Shown: piece by piece, positions 39,351 to 49,047 of the stretch
How positions within the stretch are numbered: the first letter of the stretch is position 1
Layout: every line of letters begins with the position of its first letter
Assembly (NCBI GenBank): GCA_044359815.1
Contig: JBIKLL010000013.1
Coordinates: 1 to 50,395 of the forward strand
DNA from: Pseudobdellovibrionaceae bacterium
Lineage (GTDB): Bacteria > Bdellovibrionota > Bdellovibrionia > Bdellovibrionales > Bdellovibrionaceae
Direction of reading: 5' to 3'
DNA length: 50,395 nucleotides
The notes under the pieces: generated by a model
What the model was told of the DNA's origin: nothing
What the model saw: the letters and a program-made list of their open reading frames with translations, nothing else
Databases searched by the model: none
Made by a program: the position numbers and the translations under genes

Positions 39351-39904
39351 CCGACAACTGAATTTTGCTTTTTGATTCTGTACAAAACATGTCTGCATAG
39401 GGGATGGTCCACTGGTATTTTTGGATGATCAAAATCACCTCCGGTATCCCTAATCATCCCGATTCTTTCCATTACCTTCATAGAGGGCGTATTTAATACC
39501 GTGGTAAAGGAAACTATTTCAGGTAAATTTAAATCCTCAAAAGCATATTTTAAAACTCGCCTTGCAGCTTCTGTGGCAAAGCCCTGACCCCAGAATTTCT
39601 TGGAAAGCCTCCATCCGATCTCAACACAAGGCGTGAAGTGAGTCTGATAGCTGGGTTCAGCTAATCCCACAAATCCTGCAAACTGCCCTGATTCTTTGAC
39701 AGTGGTTGCCCACAGGGTGAATCCCTTGTGCTGCAAAAACAAATTGGACTTAGTAATAAACTGCTCTGCATCTTCTTGTGACATTTGTTTTGGGAAATAC
39801 CTCATTACATCTGGGTCCTGTCCCATTTCAGCAAAAGGCTTTAAATCACCTTCCTGCCATTCTCGCATCAACAATCTGTCAGTCTCTAATCGCACATAAT
39901 TCAT
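39347..39904 (-). CDS. RimJ/RimL-type GNAT acetyltransferase
   Basis: LETDRLLMR, VEIGWRL..FWGQGFATEAA, N.PS.KVMERIGM. Confidence 0.92.
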   Translation of the reverse strand: MNYVRLETDRLLMREWQEGDLKPFAEMGQDPDVMRYFPKQMSQEDAEQFITKSNLFLQHKGFTLWATTVKESGQFAGFVGLAEPSYQTHFTPCVEIGWRLSKKFWGQGFATEAARRVLKYAFEDLNLPEIVSFTTVLNTPSMKVMERIGMIRDTGGDFDHPKIPVDHPLCRHVLYRIKKQNSVVG

Positions 39905-39986
39905 ACTAAATATTTCAAAGGGCATTTAAATCTCGATTTTCAGGTTAACCAAGTGTATTTGCTAGAACCTCGTTTAACAAATATTT

Positions 39987-41024
39987 ATGCAAAAAAATTA
40001 TATAAGTTCATTTTATTTTTTAACCTTTTCTGCAGCCTTTAACATGGTTTGCATTGGTCAAACCAAAGCTCAATCCAGCAAACTGACAAATATTGATAAT
40101 GAAACAACTATTTCAGAAAAAGTAGGATCATCTGAGAACCCCTCTGCAGATTTGAGGATAAACAGTGTCAGTTACCACAGCGAATTTTTTAGCTCAGTGG
40201 CCAATGCCAACACCATCACAAAAGACCAAATAAACAGACTGGCGCTATTTTGCATTGCAACCGCAAATAGCCCACGATTGGATCTGCGAACAACAATTAT
40301 TAATTACATTGCAAACAATGTTTACCGCCTGAATTATGATGTGATTCACGATAACGAACATTTAAAAACCTTGAAACAATTAACCTATATTTTGTATCCC
40401 AGCACAGCAAACCGTTACAAAATGATGGATTTTTTTATATCCAGAAAATTACTGGAGCCCACGGATTTAAAACTGATGATCTCATTTATTGCCAAGGTCA
40501 AAAATGCCGAAACGGCTCAGCGGCTGGATTCGTTGTTTGAGCTTTTATATCAGGGTATCGAACTGGCCAAGCAACAAGAAAAACAGATGCTGATCGATAA
40601 ATTAAATTTTCGGGACATCACCACTATGTCGGGATCACTGTTGTTGTATAAAATGGGTGTATGGTCAAAATCAGAAGTTCAAACACTGATTAGGCTGTAT
40701 GCGAATGATTATGCAGAAACCATGATCAATCTGGAACTGGGAAAGTCTGTGGCAGATCATCCCTCGGTAAAAATGGGAATTTACGATCAGGTATTAAGCG
40801 AAATCAGTGAAGTGTTTTTTAAGGAAACCAGTTTTGGCAGCGATATTCGCAAAGCTTACAAAAAATTTAATGAAATTATAAAGCTGAACAGAAACCCCGA
40901 AACTGACAAATACCGATCTGAATTTATGAATCTGCTTATTGATGGGTATTTTGTATTGTCACCCGACAGTAATCATCGGACAGTTTTTGCATCCATCAGA
41001 TGCGAAAGTGTTTTTTTAAATTGA
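39987..41024 (+). CDS. Secreted helical hypothetical protein
   Basis: Signal-like N-terminus; ends IRCESVFLN. Confidence 0.7.
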   Translation: MQKNYISSFYFLTFSAAFNMVCIGQTKAQSSKLTNIDNETTISEKVGSSENPSADLRINSVSYHSEFFSSVANANTITKDQINRLALFCIATANSPRLDLRTTIINYIANNVYRLNYDVIHDNEHLKTLKQLTYILYPSTANRYKMMDFFISRKLLEPTDLKLMISFIAKVKNAETAQRLDSLFELLYQGIELAKQQEKQMLIDKLNFRDITTMSGSLLLYKMGVWSKSEVQTLIRLYANDYAETMINLELGKSVADHPSVKMGIYDQVLSEISEVFFKETSFGSDIRKAYKKFNEIIKLNRNPETDKYRSEFMNLLIDGYFVLSPDSNHRTVFASIRCESVFLN

Positions 41025-41080
41025 GATTTTCAAATGAATTATCAGAAGATATTTTAACACTTGGATAGGAACAGCTGACC

Positions 41081-42016
41081 TTAATTGCTTGTGTATTCCA
41101 TGCAAATGTTGCCAGCTATATTACAGGTTCTGATTGTGCCAGTAAACATAGATACAGTGCCATTCACACGCCCACCATAAATTGTGATATTGGCCGACGT
41201 ATTTGAGATGTTTTGAATATTTCCATAAATATACATTGAAGTCGCAGTGACATTGTTGATGTTGGTAACATTGCCGTCCAAATACAGCTGTGTATTGTTG
41301 ATGTTTTCAAATCTGCCGATATTGCCAAAAATATAAAACTGAGTACCCCCGCCGGTTGGGTGGGTGATGTTTGAAATCACACCCAAGTTGTAACCACAGA
41401 TGTAAGACTGCGATACCTGCGAATCAGTGTAGCTGCCAATGGTGCCTGTCGGTAACCATGTATTGAAATCAGTATTAGCAGGCAATTTCAGGTAAGAGCT
41501 AAAGTGTCCATTAAGCTGATTATTAGCAAATGTTCCGATAGACTGTGTGGCGTAGCTGTGCACATGGCTTAGGTTGGTATTGGATTCAAATCGATTTATA
41601 TTTACTGATCCAGTATAAAGCTGCTGATTGGTCCCAGTTAATCCGATAAAATTTCCCATCTCAGGAATTGAAATATTTGATGAAGCTGCTCCTGAAATCA
41701 TTCCCATATGACAAACCGAAAATGCTGTGCCTTTGTTAACAACTGGCGGAGGCGGGGGTTGGGTAATTGTTGTCGTCGGTGATCCAGAAGGTGCCGTTGT
41801 AGTAGTTGATGCTGACTGCACAAATCCGCTACCATTGCCATTACCAGGATCATTATTGTTTGTTGGTGTTTGAGAACTTATATCCGCATTGACCGGGACC
41901 GAATCAAATTCGGCAGGGGAACAGTTTTGAAAAACCGCAATCACAGTCAATCCAATAAAGGTCCAAAAAATTATAATTGGTTTTTTATCATTAGAAAAAA
42001 TCAAACTCTTCCCCAT
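41081..42016 (-). CDS. Hypothetical lipoprotein with Thr/Pro linker and probable beta-solenoid C-terminus
   Basis: AVFQNC lipobox-like motif; repeated xIxGNIxxIxN strands. Confidence 0.75.
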   Translation of the reverse strand: MGKSLIFSNDKKPIIIFWTFIGLTVIAVFQNCSPAEFDSVPVNADISSQTPTNNNDPGNGNGSGFVQSASTTTTAPSGSPTTTITQPPPPPVVNKGTAFSVCHMGMISGAASSNISIPEMGNFIGLTGTNQQLYTGSVNINRFESNTNLSHVHSYATQSIGTFANNQLNGHFSSYLKLPANTDFNTWLPTGTIGSYTDSQVSQSYICGYNLGVISNITHPTGGGTQFYIFGNIGRFENINNTQLYLDGNVTNINNVTATSMYIYGNIQNISNTSANITIYGGRVNGTVSMFTGTIRTCNIAGNICMEYTSN

Positions 42017-42145
42017 GGGTTTATTATGCCTGATTCCATCACTGTAAACATGTTAAGACTGGATAAAGTTTCTCAAAATGAGACGCTTTACTGATTCAGG
42101 AATCAGAACTTTTAAACACCCAAACAAACCTTAGTCACAGCAAAA

Positions 42146-42568
42146 CTACTGATACAGATAAGTTAACAGACTAAGTAATTTTTTAACCTTCTGTGCATCG
42201 GCTGTTTTAGATTCTATGCAAAATACCAAAGCCTTTTTCGTTGAGCTGATTTCAATAAATGATTTAGGGCAAAATTCTTTGGACTGACTCTGCATCAGCA
42301 TTATTTCTGTCAGATCTTGGGAAATGACGTCCCTGTTTCTGTCAGACAGATTTACAATTTTCTGAGTGTTGTTGAATTGCAAATCAATCTTGCTGTTACC
42401 ACCCACAACCAAAAAAATCTTGGCCAGCGTAATATTGTGGGGACCAAATTCAGTTTTGATTACATAATCTGCAACTGGCCCTGCAGCTGATGTTCCCGCA
42501 TTGGCTGTACAGCTGAGCATGATCAATGCCAGAATTTGAGTTAAAAATATTTGCTTCATAAACTTCAC
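42146..42568 (-). CDS. Small secreted hypothetical protein
   Basis: Signal peptide; start overlaps the upstream peptidase stop. Confidence 0.65.
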   Translation of the reverse strand: MKFMKQIFLTQILALIMLSCTANAGTSAAGPVADYVIKTEFGPHNITLAKIFLVVGGNSKIDLQFNNTQKIVNLSDRNRDVISQDLTEIMLMQSQSKEFCPKSFIEISSTKKALVFCIESKTADAQKVKKLLSLLTYLYQ

Positions 42569-43911
42569 CTGACACCTTTTACTGGAGTGGATCTTTTTTC
42601 TGGCTTAGCTGAATTACCTGGAACTTCTTGGCTGCCACAGTATTTACCTGTTTTTGCAATGGGCGGACAACCCATTTGTTCTCTGATTTTTGGATTCTGC
42701 AAATAAATATGATTCAACCTTAGTTGGTCATCAGGATGTTCACCAAATGTGGAATTGGGTCCATTTGTATTGCCAACAAATGATTCCATGTAGGTCAATC
42801 GCACCGCTTCCTTGTCGGCCAGTTTCAAATTTTCCACATAATGGGGCAGCACTTCGGCAGACAGCCAGTCACAAAAGGATTCATTGATCTGATCGGACTT
42901 ATTATCATACACACAGGTAAAAACCTTTGCTTTGGGATCTTTTTTGGCGTTTACAGACTGTGAACTTCTGAGACAGCTTAATAGTTTGGGTAAAAAATAA
43001 TGTCCATCCGTAATTACTTTTAAACCTTGTACGTCATCAGGGTAAACATTTTGATTACAGGGATCGATTGAGTGACCAATTTCATGCACTAGGACTCTGG
43101 CAAAAAAGGCTGAATTATTAGACATGTCCAAGTAACCTGGGCAAAATGTAACTCCATTGTTACTTGGATTAAGAAAAGCATTTTTAACATAGAAAGCCTG
43201 CAACGAAAAGTCTGTGAAAATCTCGCAGCTTTCGTTTTTCATGTGTACTTTTTCTAGCTTGCGCAGAATTCTGTCTTTGGCTTCAGGGGCAATGTCTAAT
43301 TTGTCAATTTTCTGCCGGACCATGGACATCATTTCAGGAAAAAGCTCTGTTCTGATTTTTTTTAAATTATCCCCACCAGGCAATTGACTGATTGATGTTT
43401 TTAATTTTGATTTCAAATGACGGTTTAAGTTTAACGAAATTATTTTTTTAAATGTCTGCAGATCCGGCACTATTTTTGTCTTTTCAGAAATCAACAAAGG
43501 GTCAGCCGACAGCAGTAAAAAATTAATTAAGTGATTTTTGTATTCTGGTGAATTTTTGTTTTTACATTCCGGAGGAAGGACAGGATGCAGTTTACAGTTT
43601 TCGTCCAGAATTTCTTTGGCCAGTTTGATATCCCCAGAAAATTTTCGGCTTCTCATTGCTTTTTCAATAACTGCAGTCATCTTTGCTTTAATGGCTGATA
43701 TTTTTTCGCTGGCTTTTTGTTTTATTTTTTTATCTCGATGCTCACCCCACAGATTTTCTTCACGTCTTACAGTGGCCTCGTAGATATTATTGCAAACATC
43801 CACTCCGTAATCGCTGGTTTCCAAAGTCTGTGGCGACTGGGTACTGGAATCAGCCCCTGAATAGGTAGTAACAAGCAAAATCAATAGACATAAACAGTAT
43901 CTTAGACTCAT
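42565..43911 (-). CDS. Secreted M13 (neprilysin)-like zinc metallopeptidase
   Basis: NAFLNP.NN.VTF, HEIGH, NESFCD (third ligand, ExxxD), HP...RLN. Confidence 0.75.
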   Translation of the reverse strand: MSLRYCLCLLILLVTTYSGADSSTQSPQTLETSDYGVDVCNNIYEATVRREENLWGEHRDKKIKQKASEKISAIKAKMTAVIEKAMRSRKFSGDIKLAKEILDENCKLHPVLPPECKNKNSPEYKNHLINFLLLSADPLLISEKTKIVPDLQTFKKIISLNLNRHLKSKLKTSISQLPGGDNLKKIRTELFPEMMSMVRQKIDKLDIAPEAKDRILRKLEKVHMKNESCEIFTDFSLQAFYVKNAFLNPSNNGVTFCPGYLDMSNNSAFFARVLVHEIGHSIDPCNQNVYPDDVQGLKVITDGHYFLPKLLSCLRSSQSVNAKKDPKAKVFTCVYDNKSDQINESFCDWLSAEVLPHYVENLKLADKEAVRLTYMESFVGNTNGPNSTFGEHPDDQLRLNHIYLQNPKIREQMGCPPIAKTGKYCGSQEVPGNSAKPEKRSTPVKGVR

Positions 43912-44048
43912 AGGATATTTTCGGAAATCCCTGCAGTTTTCTGTACTTGGCAAAAGGTCCAGATATCCGAATTAACTGCGATCAGGACGCCTATACGCGC
44001 ATTAGGTTAGTTAAATTGCCCATCAGTAAACTAACGCCAGATTCTGGA

Positions 44049-44411
44049 TTATCGATTTTTCGAATACACCAAAGCCTTACATCCAGCCATAGACATTCTT
44101 TTGTCATCAAATGGCATCGGGACGTCTTTGAACAGTGCTTCCATTTCGACCATGACTTTTTTATTTACAGCGTTTCTGTGGGCCTTTGATTTATAAATAA
44201 TAAAAGCAAAAATAAAAGTTTCATCCGATTTAAGCTTGCACATTTTTTTGAAACCAACACCATGATTAATAAAATCATCACCGACGCATTCATAGTAGCT
44301 CAAAGCTCCGTGCTTCATCCATGATTTGCATCCGGCCTTGGCCATTTTTTTATATTTACCCAAGTTCTTTTTTTTAAGCGGAATTACAAACGAGTCTACA
44401 TAATGTGACAT
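44049..44411 (-). CDS. DUF1428 family protein
   Basis: YVDSFVIP, HGALSYYECVGDD, YKSKAHRNAVN, MPFD.KRM. Confidence 0.92.
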   Translation of the reverse strand: MSHYVDSFVIPLKKKNLGKYKKMAKAGCKSWMKHGALSYYECVGDDFINHGVGFKKMCKLKSDETFIFAFIIYKSKAHRNAVNKKVMVEMEALFKDVPMPFDDKRMSMAGCKALVYSKNR

Positions 44412-44470
44412 ATTTCTCCTAATTGTTTTTGTTTTATCAAATGTAACTTACTTTAGGTAAAAAAATACTG

Positions 44471-45073
44471 TTAAAATGTTTCAATTACTGGAGGCTTCCA
44501 TGTTTCAAGTGAGTCGTTCAAGATTTTTGCAATAAAGTACTCGTCAACAAACACATTGTTTATAATTGCTGCCTTCTTTCGAACCCCTTCAATACTGTAA
44601 CCGGAGCGTTCATATAATTTGATCGCTCGATCATTTGAAAAACGAACCATTGCTTCAATACGCTGGGCTCCAATGTTACCTGCGTGAGCCTCTTGAATTT
44701 GCAACATTCTTTTGCCAATACCCTGCCCCCAATAGGATTTCAAAATCATCATGCCAAACTGGGCAATGTGTTTTGCCCAAGGGTGATCATCCCATGGTCT
44801 GCGAAAATTCAGATAACCAACAAGAGTGTCGCCATCAAAGACTCCAAGATTAAGAATACTTTTATCATCAAGCTGTGAATCGAGTCGATTTGCTGTCTGT
44901 TCAACTGTCGGATATTCTTGCCCCTGATATTGCATGGTATTTGTTGATTCAATTGCAATTTGTTGTCTGAAAGCCAAAAGTCTTTCAGCGTCCTTTCCCT
45001 CGATATTCCTAAAAACAACAGTCGAACCATTTTTTGTTAGAAATTCGACAGGTTCAATTTTCGCCATAACCAT
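44471..45073 (-). CDS. GNAT acetyltransferase
   Basis: YWGQGIG, N.RAIKLYE..GY..EG. Confidence 0.9.
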   Translation of the reverse strand: MVMAKIEPVEFLTKNGSTVVFRNIEGKDAERLLAFRQQIAIESTNTMQYQGQEYPTVEQTANRLDSQLDDKSILNLGVFDGDTLVGYLNFRRPWDDHPWAKHIAQFGMMILKSYWGQGIGKRMLQIQEAHAGNIGAQRIEAMVRFSNDRAIKLYERSGYSIEGVRKKAAIINNVFVDEYFIAKILNDSLETWKPPVIETF

Positions 45074-45134
45074 CCCTCAATGCAGATTCACAAAAAGTAT
45101 TTGCTTGTTTATTGAAATCATCGAAATTCATTTT

Positions 45135-45317
45135 TTAATTTTCACCCATTTTTTGTAAAACCATCGCGATGGTCTGCGGATCGATATTTGCCCGCTTCAT
45201 TAATGACTTTGCCCTACCAAAATCATCGGCGTCAACGGCCTCAAAAAAAGCATCAACTTTGCCGATCTCTGCCAGTTTTTCTAATACTAAAGTGCCCTCA
45301 AATTCACTTTCATCCAT
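45135..45317 (-). CDS. Small acidic hypothetical protein
   Basis: 60-aa ORF colinear with its neighbours; protein-like helical composition. Confidence 0.65.
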   Translation of the reverse strand: MDESEFEGTLVLEKLAEIGKVDAFFEAVDADDFGRAKSLMKRANIDPQTIAMVLQKMGEN

Positions 45318-45370
45318 TGTTTTTTTACTTATTCTTTTTCAAAATCGATTCACAGCACATACTTAAGCGA

Positions 45371-46444
45371 TTAATTCAAAGGATAGTCCGTGTACCCCTT
45401 GGCGTCGTTTGTATAATAGGTGTTTTGATCGGGCTCGACTAAGGCAACACCATTATTAATTTTTTCTACCAAATTGGGATTGCTGACATAATGATGTCCA
45501 AAGGCAATGGCGTTGATTAAACCCTTTTCGATACTGTTTGCAGCTTCTTCAGGACTGTATCCCATGTTTCCGATAATGATTCCCTTAAAAGACTCTCGAG
45601 CTGCTGCCATGACGTCGACCTTTTGAATTCCATAAAAATCAGATCTCATCATGTGCAGAAAAGCTATTTTTAATTTACTTAATTCTGACACAACATAAGC
45701 CGTCAGCTTTTGCGGATCAGAATCCTTCATACTGTTAAAGCTGTTTAGCGGCGATAAGCGCACGCCGACTTTGTCTGCTCCCCAAACATTGATCACCGCT
45801 TGGGTGACCTCTAAGATTAATCGACAACGATTTTCTATGCTACCGCCATACATATCTGTTCGTTTATTAGCAGAATCACGCATAAACTGATCCAGAATAT
45901 ATCCGTTGGCCCCGTGAACTTCGACCGCATCAAACCCAGCAAGCTTTGCGTTTTTTGCAGCTTTAACAAAGCCTTCGATGATGTTTGGGATTTCCTTAAG
46001 CTCAAGCGCCCTTGGTGTGACATAGGGGACTTTGCCCTTGGGCGTGTGTATTTCCCCCTCGATGGCAATCGCACTGGGCGCAACCGGTACGTGATCATTA
46101 TTTAAAAACGGATGACAGGCCCGACCGCCATGCCACAGTTGCAACACGATTTTTCCACCCTTTTTATGAACAGCATCTGTGACTTTCTTCCAACCATCTA
46201 TTTGTGCTTGTGAATAAATCCCGGGTTCCCTGCCACCAAAAGCAGAGTTGTGTTCCATGATCATCGTGGCTTCGGCAACAATCAATCCTGCGCTTGCCCT
46301 TTGGGCATAGTATTCTGCCATGATATCAGTTGGGTTGTGATTGACGTCGGCGCGACATCGGGTCAGTGGCGCCATAACAATTTTATTTTTAAGTTCAAGA
46401 CTGCCAACTTTAATTGGTTGAAATAAAGTTTTTAGATCAGACAT
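45371..46444 (-). CDS. nemA: Old-yellow-enzyme alkene reductase (NemA-like)
   Basis: VMAPLTRCRA, YYAQRASAG, QLWHGGR, EVHGANGY, RTD.YGGSIENR, GYTDYP. Confidence 0.92.
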   Translation of the reverse strand: MSDLKTLFQPIKVGSLELKNKIVMAPLTRCRADVNHNPTDIMAEYYAQRASAGLIVAEATMIMEHNSAFGGREPGIYSQAQIDGWKKVTDAVHKKGGKIVLQLWHGGRACHPFLNNDHVPVAPSAIAIEGEIHTPKGKVPYVTPRALELKEIPNIIEGFVKAAKNAKLAGFDAVEVHGANGYILDQFMRDSANKRTDMYGGSIENRCRLILEVTQAVINVWGADKVGVRLSPLNSFNSMKDSDPQKLTAYVVSELSKLKIAFLHMMRSDFYGIQKVDVMAAARESFKGIIIGNMGYSPEEAANSIEKGLINAIAFGHHYVSNPNLVEKINNGVALVEPDQNTYYTNDAKGYTDYPLN

Positions 46445-46752
46445 GGAATTCCTTTGGTTGCTTAGTTTACTCAAGTTGCTTCAGTAAATTTATATTCCTA
46501 AAAAATTGCTTTTACAATCAACCTCATTTTTCTGGTTTTAAAATTTTTCTGTAATTAAAGAGTTCAAAAAAATGGCGTGGGGAGCTTCGCTTTCGAAGAA
46601 CTTGCGTCATCCCCAAATGCGCTCTGGCAATTTAATTGAAATCCGGCAAACGCTGCTACTGTCTCATGACCTAGACGGCCAAACGGCTTGGATTCGAATT
46701 AAGCAGTTTGAATTAATTTAAGAATTTTTTTGGCAATCCGATGAACAAATGA

Positions 46753-48360
46753 ATGAAATCAGCAAAAAAGCCTCTTAACGAAAAACAACGTCTTGAAGAC
46801 CTGCGCGCACTTAAAATCCTGGATACTCTTCCAGAGGATCAGTTTGATCAAATTACCTTCTTGGCATCTCAAATCTGCGGGACTCCAATCGCACTGATAT
46901 CTTTGATTGATGAAAATAGACAATGGTTCAAAGCCAAGCACGGGCTTGCGGCCTCAGAGACTCCTCGTGACTTCGCATTTTGTGCTCACGCCATTCTTGA
47001 TGATCAAGTTTTTGTTGTGCCAGACTCAAGTCAAGATGAACGGTTTTTTGATAACCCACTAGCAACTGGGGCTCCTCATGTGCGATTCTATGCTGGCGCA
47101 ACAATCATATCTCCGAGTGGCCACAACATTGGCACAGTATGCGTTATTGATTCAAAACCACGCAATCTTGAGCCAGAGAAAGTTGAAGCACTGAAAGCTC
47201 TTTCAAAACAGGTTACTAAGCTGCTTGCGCTGCGCACACAGGTCGAACTGATCAAAGAGTCTGAGGATAAACTTAAATTTATCTTGGATGGTATCCCACA
47301 TATGATTGGTCTTTGGGATATTAACCAAACTAATATTCATGCAAATGCAGTTTACGCAAAATATTTCAACAGAGATCCAGAAACTATAGAAGGTCTTCAT
47401 ATGAGGGATCTCTTCGGCGAAGAACTTTACTTAAAAAATGAACCGCATATAAAAAAGGTTCTCGCTGGAGAAAAAGTCACCTTTGAAAGGACTCTCAGTC
47501 AAAAAGACGGATCAGTTCACACAAATCAAGTCTCTTATATTCCCAATTTTTCTGACGGCAAGACGGTCAGTTTTCTGGCAATAGCGATAGACATCACTGA
47601 AATAAAAAATTTAGAGCGCGATCAGCGTGTCTTGGAAACCAAGCTTGCGGAATCTGAAAAGTTATCAGCATTAGGCGAGATGTCTGCAGGCGTGGCGCAT
47701 GAAGTGAATAATCCATTGGCAATCATCAAAGGTAAAGTCGCAATGCTTATCCGCAAGGCCAGTGATCAAAACTTTGACTGGACATCTGGAATTAAGGATC
47801 TAAAGACGATTGATACTACAGCAGACAGGATTGCAAAAATTGTTAAAGCACTGAGAACATACTCTCGTGATGCTGAAATTGACCCATTTGATACAACAAG
47901 AGTCTTAGAGGTTATTGAAGATACCTTTGAGCTTTGTAAAGAACGCTTTCGTAACGCTAACATTGACGTCCAAGTACAAGTTGACCCATCATTTAGTATT
48001 CGCTGCAGGCCCGCGCAGATTTCCCAAGTATTTATGAATCTGTTAAGTAACTCTTACGATGCTCTGGCTGACTTGGAAACAAAATGGATAAAGATTGTTG
48101 CAAATCAAAGTCACGGAAGAATTCAGCTTAAGTTTATAGACTCTGGCGGAGGCATTCCAGATTCTATCGTGGAAAAAATGATGAACCCATTTTTTACCAC
48201 TAAGGAAGTTGGCAAGGGTACTGGCCTGGGATTGAGTATTTCAACGGGAATCATTAAATCTCATGGCGGAGTCCTCGGCTATGATAAATCAGCTTCTAAT
48301 ACGACTTTTACTATCGATTTACCTGACGTCCAAAACTTCAAAAAGCCTCAGGCCGCCTGA
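46753..48360 (+). CDS. GAF-PAS sensor histidine kinase (NtrB-like)
   Basis: GAF (AFCAHAI, RFYAGA), [12 protein letters not shown]-box, [26 protein letters not shown]. Confidence 0.95.
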   Translation: MKSAKKPLNEKQRLEDLRALKILDTLPEDQFDQITFLASQICGTPIALISLIDENRQWFKAKHGLAASETPRDFAFCAHAILDDQVFVVPDSSQDERFFDNPLATGAPHVRFYAGATIISPSGHNIGTVCVIDSKPRNLEPEKVEALKALSKQVTKLLALRTQVELIKESEDKLKFILDGIPHMIGLWDINQTNIHANAVYAKYFNRDPETIEGLHMRDLFGEELYLKNEPHIKKVLAGEKVTFERTLSQKDGSVHTNQVSYIPNFSDGKTVSFLAIAIDITEIKNLERDQRVLETKLAESEKLSALGEMSAGVAHEVNNPLAIIKGKVAMLIRKASDQNFDWTSGIKDLKTIDTTADRIAKIVKALRTYSRDAEIDPFDTTRVLEVIEDTFELCKERFRNANIDVQVQVDPSFSIRCRPAQISQVFMNLLSNSYDALADLETKWIKIVANQSHGRIQLKFIDSGGGIPDSIVEKMMNPFFTTKEVGKGTGLGLSISTGIIKSHGGVLGYDKSASNTTFTIDLPDVQNFKKPQAA

Positions 48361-48465
48361 GGAAACTCAAAAACGTTTCAATCTTAATTGCCGATTATGA
48401 GCACGAACTTCGGCATTCTTTATTCTTCAATGCTAAATTCTTATTTTCCGGTGGCTCTAAGGCAC

Positions 48466-49035
48466 TTATTTTATCTTCACTCCAACATCCTTCAATTCGC
48501 CTTTAAGTCCCCACAGTTTTCCAAGCATACGGGGCGCATGTGATCCCAAATAAGCCATGACTAAAAACTTGATGAATCTTCCAACAAATATAACGGCAGC
48601 AAGCTCCAGAAGTGGAGTGTTCGCGAGGCTGGCTAAAATGACTGCCGGTTGTTGCATAAACGGAGTAATCGCTACGGCAAATACCAAAAGCATCCCGTAC
48701 TGTTCGAAAAATTGCATCGACAAAATCCATGTCTTGGTTTCGCTAACACCAGGATAAAGTTCTAGAATCCAAGGTAGGCCTTGAAGTTCAACAAGGGCCG
48801 CTAATGTGATAGCACCCACTGTTGATCCAATTGCCACACTCAACGCCAGAATAAACCATCTCTTTGGCATAAGCATTGAGCTTGAAATCAGAATCCCATC
48901 ATTCGGAATGATAACAACAAGATTATCCAGTGCCGCTAAAAACCCAATAAACGGTGGATACCAAAACCGATCCGCATAACGCTGAAGGATTTTGACATAG
49001 CTCCGAATTTTTTCATGCAGTTTTTCAGAAATCAC
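48466..49035 (-). CDS. YqaA/DedA (VTT-domain) membrane protein
   Basis: IIPNDGIL, GSTVGA, ITPF..QP, GRFIKF. Confidence 0.8.
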   Translation of the reverse strand: MISEKLHEKIRSYVKILQRYADRFWYPPFIGFLAALDNLVVIIPNDGILISSSMLMPKRWFILALSVAIGSTVGAITLAALVELQGLPWILELYPGVSETKTWILSMQFFEQYGMLLVFAVAITPFMQQPAVILASLANTPLLELAAVIFVGRFIKFLVMAYLGSHAPRMLGKLWGLKGELKDVGVKIK

Positions 49036-49047
49036 TTATCACACCTT

